From NCBI RefSeq assembly GCF_000006765.1, contig NC_002516.2: DNA of 64,000 bases; one strand, given 5' to 3'. The position numbers were made by a program, and so were the translations under genes. Positions 55,239 to 64,000 of the stretch are shown piece after piece (positions within the stretch are counted from its first letter, which is position 1; the number at the start of each line of letters is the position of its first letter). Origin of the DNA: Pseudomonas aeruginosa PAO1. GTDB lineage: Bacteria > Pseudomonadota > Gammaproteobacteria > Pseudomonadales > Pseudomonadaceae. The notes under the pieces were generated by a model. It was not told where the DNA came from, searched no databases, and saw only the letters and a program-made list of their open reading frames with translations.

Positions 55239-55933
55239 GCAGCCTGCGACTGGTCACCTTCGACCTCGACGACACCCTGTGGGACGTCGCCCCGGTGATG
55301 AACAACGCCGAGGCCCTGCTCCGCGAATGGCTGGCGAGCAACGCCGCGCGCCTGGGTCCGGTACCCATCGAGCACCTGTGGGCGATCCGCACCCGCCTGC
55401 TGGATCGCGAGCCGATGCTGCGCCACCGTCTCAGCGAGCTGCGCCGGCGCATCCTGTTCCATGCTCTGCTCGACGCTGGTTATCCACAGGCGGAGGCGGA
55501 AAGCCTGGCCGAGGCCGGTTTCCAGGTATTCCTCGAAGCGCGCCACCGGGTCACCCTGTTTCCCGAGGTCCACCCGACCCTGGAGATCCTCGCCGACCGC
55601 TTCACCCTCGGCGTGCTCACCAACGGTAACGCCGACGTGCGCCGCCTGGGCCTGGCCGACTACTTCCGGTTCGCCCTCTGCGCCGAAGAACTGGGCGTCG
55701 GCAAGCCCGACCCGACGCCATTCCGCGAAGCCCTGAAGCGCGCCGGCGTCGAGGCCTCGGCAGCGATACACATCGGCGACCACCCCAGCGACGACATCGC
55801 CGGAGCGCGCCGCGCCGGCATGCGTGCCATCTGGTTCAACCCAAGCGGCAAGCCCTGGGCCGGGGAGGAAGAGCCGAGCGCGGAGATCCGCAGCCTCGCC
55901 GAGCTGCCGGCCCTGCTCGCCCGCCTGCAATGA
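55235..55933 (+). CDS. HAD-superfamily hydrolase (YigB-like)
   Basis: [23 protein letters not shown]...DI.GA. Confidence 0.9.
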   Translation: MSSLRLVTFDLDDTLWDVAPVMNNAEALLREWLASNAARLGPVPIEHLWAIRTRLLDREPMLRHRLSELRRRILFHALLDAGYPQAEAESLAEAGFQVFLEARHRVTLFPEVHPTLEILADRFTLGVLTNGNADVRRLGLADYFRFALCAEELGVGKPDPTPFREALKRAGVEASAAIHIGDHPSDDIAGARRAGMRAIWFNPSGKPWAGEEEPSAEIRSLAELPALLARLQ

Positions 55934-55962
55934 CGGACCGGGCCCCCGGTCGCGGGTAGCGC

Positions 55963-57132
55963 CTAGGCACGCGAAGCGCTGGCCTTTAAGCGCCCGACCC
56001 CGCGCAAGATGGAAAACGCCACCGCAACCGCAGCCAACGTCAGCGACACGCCGAAAAGCAGCAACGCCGTCGACGCACCGAAGCGATCCGCGATCAACCC
56101 GGTGAAGATCACCGGCAGGCTGAAGCCGAGGTAGGCCAACAGGAAGTAGCCCGCGCTGGCCCGCGGCTTTTCCGCTCCGGCCAGGACATTCACCGCCGAC
56201 AGCCCGCCCAGGTAGGTGAAGCCGTAGCAGGAACTGCTCGCGCCCAGCGCACCGAACAGCACCGCAGCCAGTGAGCCGTGGATCGCGCCCCAGGCCAGCA
56301 GGGCATAGCTCGGCGGCAGGATCACCAGCCCCAGGCAGGTCGCCGAGGCCGGCGCCATCCGCCGCGCCAGCGGCTGGAACAGCAGGCCGCAACTGATCAC
56401 GGTGAAGGTCGAGAAGCCCGACCAGCGCGCCAGCCCGTGGGCCGCCAGCAGCGAAGGCAGGACCGCGATGACCAGACCCACAGTGGCCCATGCCAGCAGG
56501 ATCGAGAGGCCGTACGGCAGGCTGCCGGCGGGAAAGAACGGCAGCCGCAGCATCGGCGTATCGCGCCCGCGCGGCGCCTCGTCCGGCAGGCCCGCCACCG
56601 CCGCCAGGGCCACGCAGGCCAGTCCCAGCTGGACCCAGAAGCTGCCGGGCACCAGGCTCTCCCGGAACAGCAGGAACAGACTGGTCAGTGCCGCGCCGAG
56701 GCCGAAGCCGAGCGAGGTGCTGGCGGTCACCCAGTTGGCCGAGGTGCGGGAATCCCCGCCCGCCATCAGTTCGCTCATGTAGGCCGTCCCGGTGGCCGAT
56801 GCCAGGGCCGTGCCGACGCCGAGCAACAGGCGCGCCACGCCGAGCGCCTCCAGGTGCGGCCAGAGCGCCATCACCAGGGTGGCCACCATCGACAGCAGCA
56901 GCGCGACGACGATCGGCGGCTTGCGCCCGATCCGATCGGACAACCCGCCGAGTACCAGCAGCACCGGCAGTACGCCGAGCACATAGCCGGAGAAAGCGCT
57001 GGCGGTAGCTGCCGCGCCGTAGCCGGAAAGCTCCGCGTAGGCGGTGTACAGCGGCGCCTGGAGGTTCACCGCCAAGGTGATCAGGCACAGGCCGAAAGCC
57101 AGGCATGCGGCGTGGCGACGGGTATTGCTCAT
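55963..57132 (-). CDS. MFS transporter
   Basis: About 12 hydrophobic segments, GGLSDRIGRKP motif A, NLQAPLY. Confidence 0.88.
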   Translation of the reverse strand: MSNTRRHAACLAFGLCLITLAVNLQAPLYTAYAELSGYGAAATASAFSGYVLGVLPVLLVLGGLSDRIGRKPPIVVALLLSMVATLVMALWPHLEALGVARLLLGVGTALASATGTAYMSELMAGGDSRTSANWVTASTSLGFGLGAALTSLFLLFRESLVPGSFWVQLGLACVALAAVAGLPDEAPRGRDTPMLRLPFFPAGSLPYGLSILLAWATVGLVIAVLPSLLAAHGLARWSGFSTFTVISCGLLFQPLARRMAPASATCLGLVILPPSYALLAWGAIHGSLAAVLFGALGASSSCYGFTYLGGLSAVNVLAGAEKPRASAGYFLLAYLGFSLPVIFTGLIADRFGASTALLLFGVSLTLAAVAVAFSILRGVGRLKASASRA

Positions 57133-57294
57133 GCGTTTCTCCGTTCAAGGGCCTGCCGCGGCAGAGCGGTGGGCATTGGCTAGCCAGCGAGAAGAGGCGT
57201 CGACTATCCGGCGCGGCGGCGCTACGGAACAAGTAACAGCTGTTCGGATTTGTGCTTAACTGTTCGCCCCAAAAGACCAAACAGTGAGTCAGGC

Positions 57295-58671
57295 ATGCAC
57301 CTCCGGATCGACCGCAATGCCAGCGAGCCGCTGGTGCAGCAGATCGTCGCAGGGGTCAGCGGCTGGATCCGCGGCAATCGCGTCCGCGCCGGCACGCGGA
57401 TTCCGTCGATACGCCAGTTGGCCAGGGAAAACCAGCTCAGCCAATCCAGCGTGATCGAGGCCTACGACCGCCTGGTCGCCCTGGGGATGCTGGAATCGCG
57501 GCACGGCTCGGGGTTCTTCGTCGCCGAGGCGCCCGCCGCCACTACCGACCTCGACAGCGAATGGCACGAAGGCGCGGAAAACGCATGGGGCCAGTTCAGC
57601 GGCAGCTCGACGAAACTCAAGCTCGGCTGCGGCTGGATTCCGGACAGTTGGCGGGAAGTCGAGGAACTCAGCTACGCGATCCGCCAGGTCGCCCGCAGCG
57701 AACTCGCCGGGCTGTTCGACTACAGCACTCCGCTGGGCCTGCCGGCGCTGCGCCAGCACATCCAGAAACGCCTGCGGCTGATCGATATCCATGTCGACCC
57801 GGAGCAGATCCTCACCACCACCGGCGCCAGCCATGCCCTCGACCTGTTGGTACGCACGCTGCTCAAGCCGGGCGACGTGGTGGTGGTGGAGAACCCCGGC
57901 TACTACAACCTGTTCAACCTGCTGAAGTTCCACGGGGTGAAGATGCTCGGCGTGCCGCGCACCCGCCACGGCCCGGACACCGCCGCGCTGGAGACGATCC
58001 TCCGCGCGCACAAGCCGAAGTTCCTTTTCACCAACAGCATGTACCACAACCCCACTGGCACCAGCCTCAGCCCCTCAGTGGCCCACCGCGTGCTGCAACT
58101 GGCCGAGCAGCATGATTTCCACATCGTCGAGGATGACATCTACGCCGACTTCCAGAACGGCCCCAGCACCCGCCTGGCAACCCTCGATTCGCTGCGCCGG
58201 GTGATCTACCTGGCGAGCTTTTCGAAGACCCTCAGTTGCTCGCTACGGGTCGGCTACCTGATCGCCGGCCCCGAGCTGATCCGGCGCCTGGCGGATGTGA
58301 AGATGTACACCAGCATCGGCAGCCAGCGCTTCGCCGAATGCGTGGTCTCGACCATGCTCGCCAACGGCAGTTACCGCAAGCTGGTGCAACGCCTGCGCCA
58401 GCGCCTGACCCGGCAGATGGCGGCGACCCTGCGGGTGCTTGGGGACAACGGCTGGGAGGTGTTCGCCGAACCGGTCGGCGGGATGTTCGTCTGGGCCCGT
58501 ATCGGCGACTACCCGTTCGCCGAATTGCAGGCCGTGGCGACACGCCTGGACGTGCTGCTGTCGCCGGGCAGCGGCTTCAGCCCGGAAGGCGAGGAGAGCG
58601 ACTGGCTGCGTATCAACATCGCCTATGCCAGCGACCCGCGGGCCCTGGCGTTCTTCGAGGCGTTCGGGTGA
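57295..58671 (+). CDS. MocR/GabR-type GntR regulator with PLP aminotransferase domain
   Basis: wHTH PSIRQLA...SSVIEAYDRL...G.GFF; ENPGY, HNPTG, EDDIY, SFSKTL..SLRVG. Confidence 0.92.
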   Translation: MHLRIDRNASEPLVQQIVAGVSGWIRGNRVRAGTRIPSIRQLARENQLSQSSVIEAYDRLVALGMLESRHGSGFFVAEAPAATTDLDSEWHEGAENAWGQFSGSSTKLKLGCGWIPDSWREVEELSYAIRQVARSELAGLFDYSTPLGLPALRQHIQKRLRLIDIHVDPEQILTTTGASHALDLLVRTLLKPGDVVVVENPGYYNLFNLLKFHGVKMLGVPRTRHGPDTAALETILRAHKPKFLFTNSMYHNPTGTSLSPSVAHRVLQLAEQHDFHIVEDDIYADFQNGPSTRLATLDSLRRVIYLASFSKTLSCSLRVGYLIAGPELIRRLADVKMYTSIGSQRFAECVVSTMLANGSYRKLVQRLRQRLTRQMAATLRVLGDNGWEVFAEPVGGMFVWARIGDYPFAELQAVATRLDVLLSPGSGFSPEGEESDWLRINIAYASDPRALAFFEAFG

Positions 58672-58695
58672 GGCGCGCTCTTGCCCTCCCCTGCC

Positions 58696-59610
58696 TCACT
58701 GGTAGTCGAGCAGGATCACCATCGCGGCCAGGACCGAGCCGGGCGTGATTTTCTCGGCGGTCTGCACATAGGACGCTTTCATCGGGATCCAGTAAGCCCC
58801 GCCGGTGTTCTTGTCGTACGCGGTCACCGGCAACGAGAGTCCCATCCGTAGCGGAACGCCGGCCTCGTCGGTGACCCGGATCGATACGCCGGTCGCGGTG
58901 CTGCCCGCCAGGCGCGGCAATACACCCGAGCCTTCGGCCACCGCGCCCCCCACCGCTTGAAGGCTGTAGCCGACGCGGTTGTACCCGCGAGGACAGCCGG
59001 CCACTACCAGATTGAACGGGGTAACGGCCGCGTAGGTGCCGACGCCGTTCAGCCGGGCGGCAGCGATCGACTGCAGCTTCACGGTCTGGTCGGCGACCTG
59101 GCAGGTCGCATTGATCGTGGTGACGCTCCCGGTCAACCTGATGGAAGAGGTGCCAGACGCGATAAGCCCGTCCTTGTAGGTAATGAGGAAGTACGAGTTG
59201 AAGGCTCCGCTCGCGAACTGGCCGTCGGAGAGCGGCGTCGAGTTGCGGAACAACTGGATCTCCGCGATTTGCGAGAAAGTGCCCTTGAAACGGCTGCTCG
59301 CCGGTATGCCATCCAGCAGCAGGCGCACCGAGAGGCCCGGCACGTTGGTATTCAGGTCCGGACCATCGACCGGGTCCCAGACACTTCCCTTGTTGTACAG
59401 AGAGACGCCGATGAGATCGCAGCTGGGCTTGCCGCACAGTTGCATGGGAGTGAACGTGTAGCGCGACATGACACTTCCCTCGGGAAGGATCGAGGGCACG
59501 GCGATATCACGGCCGCCGAAAGCGTACAGATTGGCAGCCATGCTGGTGCCGGCGGGAACGAACAGGACTGCCGCGAGCAGCAGGGTTCGACGGAACGTCT
59601 TGAACTCCAT
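58696..59610 (-). CDS. Fimbrial adhesin-like protein (lectin + pilin domains), orphan
   Basis: Signal peptide; C-terminal pilin domain TCQV...V.L...FNL...C...ATGVSI...Y....G; penultimate Tyr (LDYQ); 304 aa. Confidence 0.82.
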   Translation of the reverse strand: MEFKTFRRTLLLAAVLFVPAGTSMAANLYAFGGRDIAVPSILPEGSVMSRYTFTPMQLCGKPSCDLIGVSLYNKGSVWDPVDGPDLNTNVPGLSVRLLLDGIPASSRFKGTFSQIAEIQLFRNSTPLSDGQFASGAFNSYFLITYKDGLIASGTSSIRLTGSVTTINATCQVADQTVKLQSIAAARLNGVGTYAAVTPFNLVVAGCPRGYNRVGYSLQAVGGAVAEGSGVLPRLAGSTATGVSIRVTDEAGVPLRMGLSLPVTAYDKNTGGAYWIPMKASYVQTAEKITPGSVLAAMVILLDYQ

Positions 59611-59986
59611 GGGATGACAACCGATGTGTCCGGCATGTCCGGGAAAATCCGCCGGAACCGGAGTGAACTTGATGGGTGGCTAATCTTTTCAGAACACCTG
59701 GAAAGGAGCCATAAGACAGGACCTACACGGCTCCGCGAATCCGCCTAAGAATCGCTAGGAAAATTCTTAAGCAAGCTCTACAGCTCGCTCTCCGGCAACC
59801 CCGGACGCCGCTTGGAGCGCCTGGATGGCAAGCAGCTTCGGTTGACGATGTGGAACGGTAGCGCTGCCACCGGAAAGGAAAAGGCCTTGGCCCGTCGCCA
59901 GCCGTGCCTGAACAGGCGAAAGATCGGCTCGCCAACCGGGATGCGGCGGGGCGAGATGCCCGTCAAAGTGACCGGCGCCATAGCAC

Positions 59987-60019
59987 AAGGCCCGCCATCC
60001 CTTGCGGGAGGCGGGCCTT
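59987..60019 (-). terminator. Hairpin downstream of sutA
   Basis: AAGGCCCGCC-A-TCCC/GGGA-GGCGGGCCTT stem. Confidence 0.55.
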
Positions 60020-60033
60020 GGGATGGCGCGAAA

Positions 60034-60351
60034 TCAGATGGGGCGGCTGCCGTACTTGCTGTCCGGCTTCTTCGGCGGATCGGCCACCACGTTGGGTTCG
60101 ATCTCCTGCACCTTTCCACCGCGGGAAAGGAACTCCTCCATCGCCTTGGCGAGGGCGTCACGCTCTTTCTGCTTGGCTTCGACCGAGGGCAGCTCCTCTT
60201 CCACCACGGCGGCTTTCGCCTTCTTCCCGGGGGCGGGGGCCTCGTCGCCGTCGCCGCTGTCCGCTTCGCCGTCGTCGGCCGCGGCCAGCTCTTCGCCGTC
60301 GTCCTCGTCAGCGCCGTCCAGCTCGTCCTGTTCCAGTTCTTCTTCGCTCAT
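60034..60351 (-). CDS. sutA: RNA polymerase-binding transcription regulator SutA
   Basis: Acidic N-terminus MSEEELEQDELDGADED, ERDALAKAMEEFLSRGGKVQEIEPNV, KYGSRPI; 105 aa. Confidence 0.92.
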   Translation of the reverse strand: MSEEELEQDELDGADEDDGEELAAADDGEADSGDGDEAPAPGKKAKAAVVEEELPSVEAKQKERDALAKAMEEFLSRGGKVQEIEPNVVADPPKKPDSKYGSRPI

Positions 60352-60428
60352 GGTCAACCTCTCGGTGCTGCAAAAGCAGGTTAGTTATAGCCCAGCCGCG
60401 CGTTTTGATGAGCGCCGCCGGAAAAAAT

Positions 60429-60854
60429 TCATACTGACTCGCCCTGCCAGGTGGCGAGCACGCGCCGTGCCCCGCCCCTGTCCCGGTGTTCACCGAGATA
60501 GATCCCCTGCCAGGTGCCCAGTGCCAACCCTCCCGACTGTATCGGCAGGGTCAGTTGGCAGCCCAGCAGGCTGGCCTTGAAATGCGCCGGAAGGTCGTCC
60601 GGACCTTCGTCGTTGTGTTCATAGCCGACTTCGCCGCGTGGCGCCAGCCGCTCGAAAAAACGCTCGAAATCCCGGCGTACGGCAGGATCGGCATTTTCAT
60701 TCAGGGTCAGTGAAGCCGACGTATGTTGCAAAAGCAGGTGCAGCAGGCCGACCCGGCACCGCCGAAGCTCCGGCAAGGCGTCGAGTATCTCCTCGGTGAC
60801 GAGGTGAAAGCCCCGCGGACGCGGGCGCAAGGTGATCAGGGTCTGCTGCCACAT
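60429..60854 (-). CDS. YjbQ/UPF0047-family protein
   Basis: [45 protein letters not shown]. Confidence 0.9.
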   Translation of the reverse strand: MWQQTLITLRPRPRGFHLVTEEILDALPELRRCRVGLLHLLLQHTSASLTLNENADPAVRRDFERFFERLAPRGEVGYEHNDEGPDDLPAHFKASLLGCQLTLPIQSGGLALGTWQGIYLGEHRDRGGARRVLATWQGESV

Positions 60855-61083
60855 GCTGCTGTTCCAAATCGGCTCCGATCCGTCGCGCCGCGCATTCTAG
60901 CGCGGCATTTGAAAAAGCAAAGAGCGTAAGAGGCAGACCTGTGAAAGCTGATGGTGGCGCAGTCCGCTGGCAGTCACTGAAAGACCGGTTGCGGAAAGGT
61001 GGTGGCAGTCGCGGGAAGCGCCCAGGACTTTCGACGCACAAGGGCATGGCGTTCGGCGAAGGCGAGCGCGGGAGGCAAACCGA

Positions 61084-61104
61084 CGCCCGGCGGAAAGCCG
61101 GGCG
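61084..61104 (-). terminator. Hairpin after amtB
   Basis: Stem CGCCCGGC/GCCGGGCG; weak U-tract. Confidence 0.45.
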
Positions 61105-61114
61105 CCGGCAGGTA

Positions 61115-62443
61115 TTACAGGTTGTAGCCGCGCTCGTTGTGCAGCGCCAGGTCGAGGCCGACCGCTTCCTCTTCCTCGGTGACCCGCAGGCCCATGACCA
61201 GGTCCAGCACCTTGAGGATCACGAAGGTCACCACGGCGGTGTAGACCACGGTGAAGGCCACGCCCTTGAACTGCACGAAGAACTGCGCGCCGATGTCCTC
61301 CACGCTGCCGAAGCCGCCCAGCGACGGCGCCGCGAAGATCCCGGTGAGCAGCGCGCCGACGATACCGCCGACCGCATGTACGCCGAAGGCGTCGAGGGAA
61401 TCGTCGTATTTCAGCGCGCGCTTGAGACTGGTGGCGGCGAAGAAACAGATCACCCCGGAGGCCAGGCCGATCACCAGCGCGCCCATCGGACCGGCGGTGC
61501 CGGCGGCCGGGGTGATGGCCACCAGACCGGCGACCACGCCGGACGCGATGCCCAGGGCGCTCGGCTTGCCGTGGGTGATCCACTCGGCGAACATCCAGGC
61601 CAGGGCCGCGGCGGCGGTGGCGATCTGGGTCACCAGCATGGCCATCCCGGCGGTGCCGTTGGCGGCGGCGGCGGAACCGGCGTTGAAACCGAACCAGCCG
61701 ATCCACAGCATGGCCGCCCCGACCAAGGTGTAGCCGAGGTTGTGCGGCGCCATCGGCGTGGTCGGGTAGCCCTTGCGCTTGCCCAGCACCAGGCAGGCGA
61801 CCAGACCGGCGATACCGGCGTTGATGTGCACCACGGTGCCGCCGGCGAAGTCCAGCACGCCCCAGTCCCACATCAGGGCGCCGTCACCGCTCCAGACCAT
61901 GTGCGCGATCGGCGCGTAGACCACGGTGAACCAGACCGCCATGAAGATCAGCATCGCCGAGAACTTCATGCGCTCGGCGAAGGCGCCGACGATCAGCGCC
62001 GGAGTGATGATCGCGAAGGTCATCTGGAAGGTGATGAACACGCTTTCCGGGAACAGCGCGGTGGCGGAAGTCAGGCCGTCGGCGGTGAGACCGCTGAGGA
62101 AGGCCTTGTCCAGTCCGCCGACGAAGGAATTGAAGTTGAGGACGCCCTTCTCCATCCCGGCGGTATCGAACGCCAGGCTGTAGCCATAGACCACCCAGAG
62201 AATGGTGATCAGGCCGGTGATGGCGAAGCACTGCATCATGATCGACAGCACGTTCTTCGCTCGCACCATGCCGCCGTAGAACAGCGCCAGGCCGGGGATG
62301 GTCATGAGCAGGACGAGCGCAGTGGAGATCAGCATCCAGGCGGTGTCGCCGCTGTTCAGGACGGGCTCCTCGGCGGCCAGGGCGACGCCCGGCAAAGCGA
62401 GGGACAATAGGGCTCCTAGCCCTGCGATCTTACGCAGAGTCAT
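61115..62443 (-). CDS. amtB: Ammonium transporter AmtB
   Basis: SGDTAWML, FYGGMVR.KN, FQMTFAIIT, DFAGGTVVHIN, WFGFNAGS, DAFGVH. Confidence 0.98.
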   Translation of the reverse strand: MTLRKIAGLGALLSLALPGVALAAEEPVLNSGDTAWMLISTALVLLMTIPGLALFYGGMVRAKNVLSIMMQCFAITGLITILWVVYGYSLAFDTAGMEKGVLNFNSFVGGLDKAFLSGLTADGLTSATALFPESVFITFQMTFAIITPALIVGAFAERMKFSAMLIFMAVWFTVVYAPIAHMVWSGDGALMWDWGVLDFAGGTVVHINAGIAGLVACLVLGKRKGYPTTPMAPHNLGYTLVGAAMLWIGWFGFNAGSAAAANGTAGMAMLVTQIATAAAALAWMFAEWITHGKPSALGIASGVVAGLVAITPAAGTAGPMGALVIGLASGVICFFAATSLKRALKYDDSLDAFGVHAVGGIVGALLTGIFAAPSLGGFGSVEDIGAQFFVQFKGVAFTVVYTAVVTFVILKVLDLVMGLRVTEEEEAVGLDLALHNERGYNL

Positions 62444-62482
62444 GTTGGTATTCTCCTGGGGCTTTTGGGGGTTCGGTTGGGC

Positions 62483-63025
<543 letters not shown>

Positions 63026-63050
63026 TCAGTGCACGCCTCACCCCGGCCAA

Positions 63051-63067
63051 AGCAGAAAGCTTGCCAG
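63051..63067 (-). promoter_or_regulatory. Sigma54 promoter of glnK-amtB
   Basis: Minus strand CTGGCAAGCTTTCTGCT with GG and GC at the correct -24/-12 spacing. Confidence 0.7.
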
Positions 63068-63086
63068 CTCCGGCAAATCCGCCGGA

Positions 63087-63099
63087 TTTCAAGCTCTTA
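63087..63099. promoter_or_regulatory. IHF-like site between the sigma54 promoter and the NtrC sites
   Basis: TTTCAAGCTCTTA, one mismatch to WATCAANNNNTTR. Confidence 0.5.
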
Positions 63100-63142
63100 G
63101 CCGCCAACCCGGGGATAGTGCGGAACGCCGGGCTCCGGGCGG

Positions 63143-63192
63143 CGCACCAAATAGGCGCAGACGCGCTCCGACAGTTGCGCAAAAAGTGTGCA
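63143..63192. promoter_or_regulatory. Tandem NtrC enhancer sites
   Basis: CGCACCAAATAGGCGCA (63143-63159) and TGCGCAAAAAGTGTGCA (63176-63192) versus TGCACCAWWWTGGTGCA; 33 bp centre to centre. Confidence 0.7.
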
Positions 63193-63260
63193 ATGGCCCT
63201 CCCGCGAGCGCCGCCGACATCGTGCTAGACTGCCGCCCACTCGTTACCGGAACCCTCGCC

Positions 63261-63521
63261 ATGCTGCCGCCCAAAGCCGTCTTCGAAGCCCTCAGCCAAC
63301 AAGCCAGCCGCCTGTTCGCCGGCGAATCGCCGTTGCCCAAGGCCGAGCTGGAGTCGCAGTTCCGCGCCCTGATGCAGAGCGCCTTCAGCAAGCTCGACCT
63401 GGTCAGCCGCGAGGAGTTCGACAGCCAGATGCTGGTCCTCGCCCGCACTCGCGCACGGCTGGAAGCCCTGGAGGCCAAGGTGGCGGAACTCGAAAGCAAG
63501 CTGACGCCGCCCGCCGACTGA
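63261..63521 (+). CDS. ubiK: Ubiquinone biosynthesis accessory factor UbiK (BMFP/YqiC family)
   Basis: KLDLVSREEFDSQ..VL.RTR.RLEALE.KVAELE; 86 aa. Confidence 0.88.
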   Translation: MLPPKAVFEALSQQASRLFAGESPLPKAELESQFRALMQSAFSKLDLVSREEFDSQMLVLARTRARLEALEAKVAELESKLTPPAD

Positions 63522-63561
63522 TCCTCCCCCCTGCGAGCGGCGTGAGATCAAGGAGCGATCC

Positions 63562-64000
63562 ATGTCCCTGGCGATTGTCCACAGCCGAGCCCAGGTCGGC
63601 GTCGAAGCCCCCTGCGTCAGCGTCGAGGCGCACCTGGCCAACGGCCTGCCTTCGCTGACCCTGGTCGGCCTGCCGGAAACCGCGGTGCGCGAGAGCAAGG
63701 ACCGCGTGCGCAGCGCCCTGCTCAATGCCGGTTTCGACTTCCCCGCGCGGCGCATCACCCTCAACCTCGCCCCCGCCGACCTACCCAAGGACGGCGGTCG
63801 CTTCGACCTGGCCATCGCACTCGGCATCCTCGCCGCCAGCGGCCAGTTGCCCGGCACCGCCCTCGACGGCCTGGAGTGCCTCGGCGAACTGGCCCTGTCC
63901 GGGGCGATCCGGCCAGTGCGAGGCGTATTGCCGGCCGCGCTGGCGGCGCGCGACGCAAGGCGCGTTCTGGTGGTACCGAAGGAAAATGCCGAAGAGGCCA
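63562..64000 (+). CDS. comM: ComM/YifB Mg-chelatase-like AAA+ ATPase, partial (runs off the window)
   Basis: Manual translation MSLAIVHSRAQVGVEAPCVSVEAHLANGLPSLTLVGLPETAVRESKDRVRSALLNAGFDFPARRITLNLAPADLPKDGGRFDLAIA. Confidence 0.92.
   Translation, partial: MSLAIVHSRAQVGVEAPCVSVEAHLANGLPSLTLVGLPETAVRESKDRVRSALLNAGFDFPARRITLNLAPADLPKDGGRFDLAIALGILAASGQLPGTALDGLECLGELALSGAIRPVRGVLPAALAARDARRVLVVPKENAEEA

Noticed and set aside
55480-55488. Perfect DnaA box TTATCCACA
   Set aside because: It is a single copy inside the HAD coding sequence (GYPQ), with no box cluster or unwinding element; no evidence of function.
59767-59988. 73-aa minus-strand ORF between sutA and the adhesin gene
   Set aside because: It starts at the edge of the sutA terminator hairpin, has no clear RBS, and I recognise no domain. 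It cannot be excluded without ribosome profiling.

Overview
This is a high-GC (~66%) Pseudomonas aeruginosa chromosomal window. Gene order and protein sequences match the core region known in PAO1 as roughly PA5232-PA5290; these locus numbers are from recall and were not checked by alignment. Gene order: HlyD-family gene (partial), FliL-like, quinone oxidoreductase, glpT, flavin/ferredoxin reductase, ubiD, acyltransferase-3/SGNH, rho, trxA, ppx, ppk1, hemB, several small housekeeping genes, a cytochrome c-FTR1 fusion, ABC-F ATPase, algP, FKBP, algQ, dsbH, hemYXDC, algR-fimS, argH, an orphan type VI secretion island (hcp-vgrG-MIX/VasX-like effector-membrane immunity), corA, cyaA, rnk, cyaY, lppL-lysA-dapF-DUF484-xerC-HAD, an MFS/MocR pair, an orphan fimbrial adhesin, sutA, yjbQ-like, amtB-glnK, ubiK and comM (partial). 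I saw no rRNA, tRNA, CRISPR array, IS element or prophage, and no obviously broken gene. Most of the window is ordinary core genome. The most unusual structure is in the T6SS island: two separate low-GC patches fall on the effector's hydrophobic toxin segment and on the immunity protein's N-terminal/transmembrane half, with GC-rich DNA on either side, which looks like a swapped specificity module. The island also carries a readable sigma54 + IHF promoter with a non-canonical -12 element. I cannot claim a wholly new system from sequence alone; the remaining findings are regulatory oddities and poorly characterised genes.
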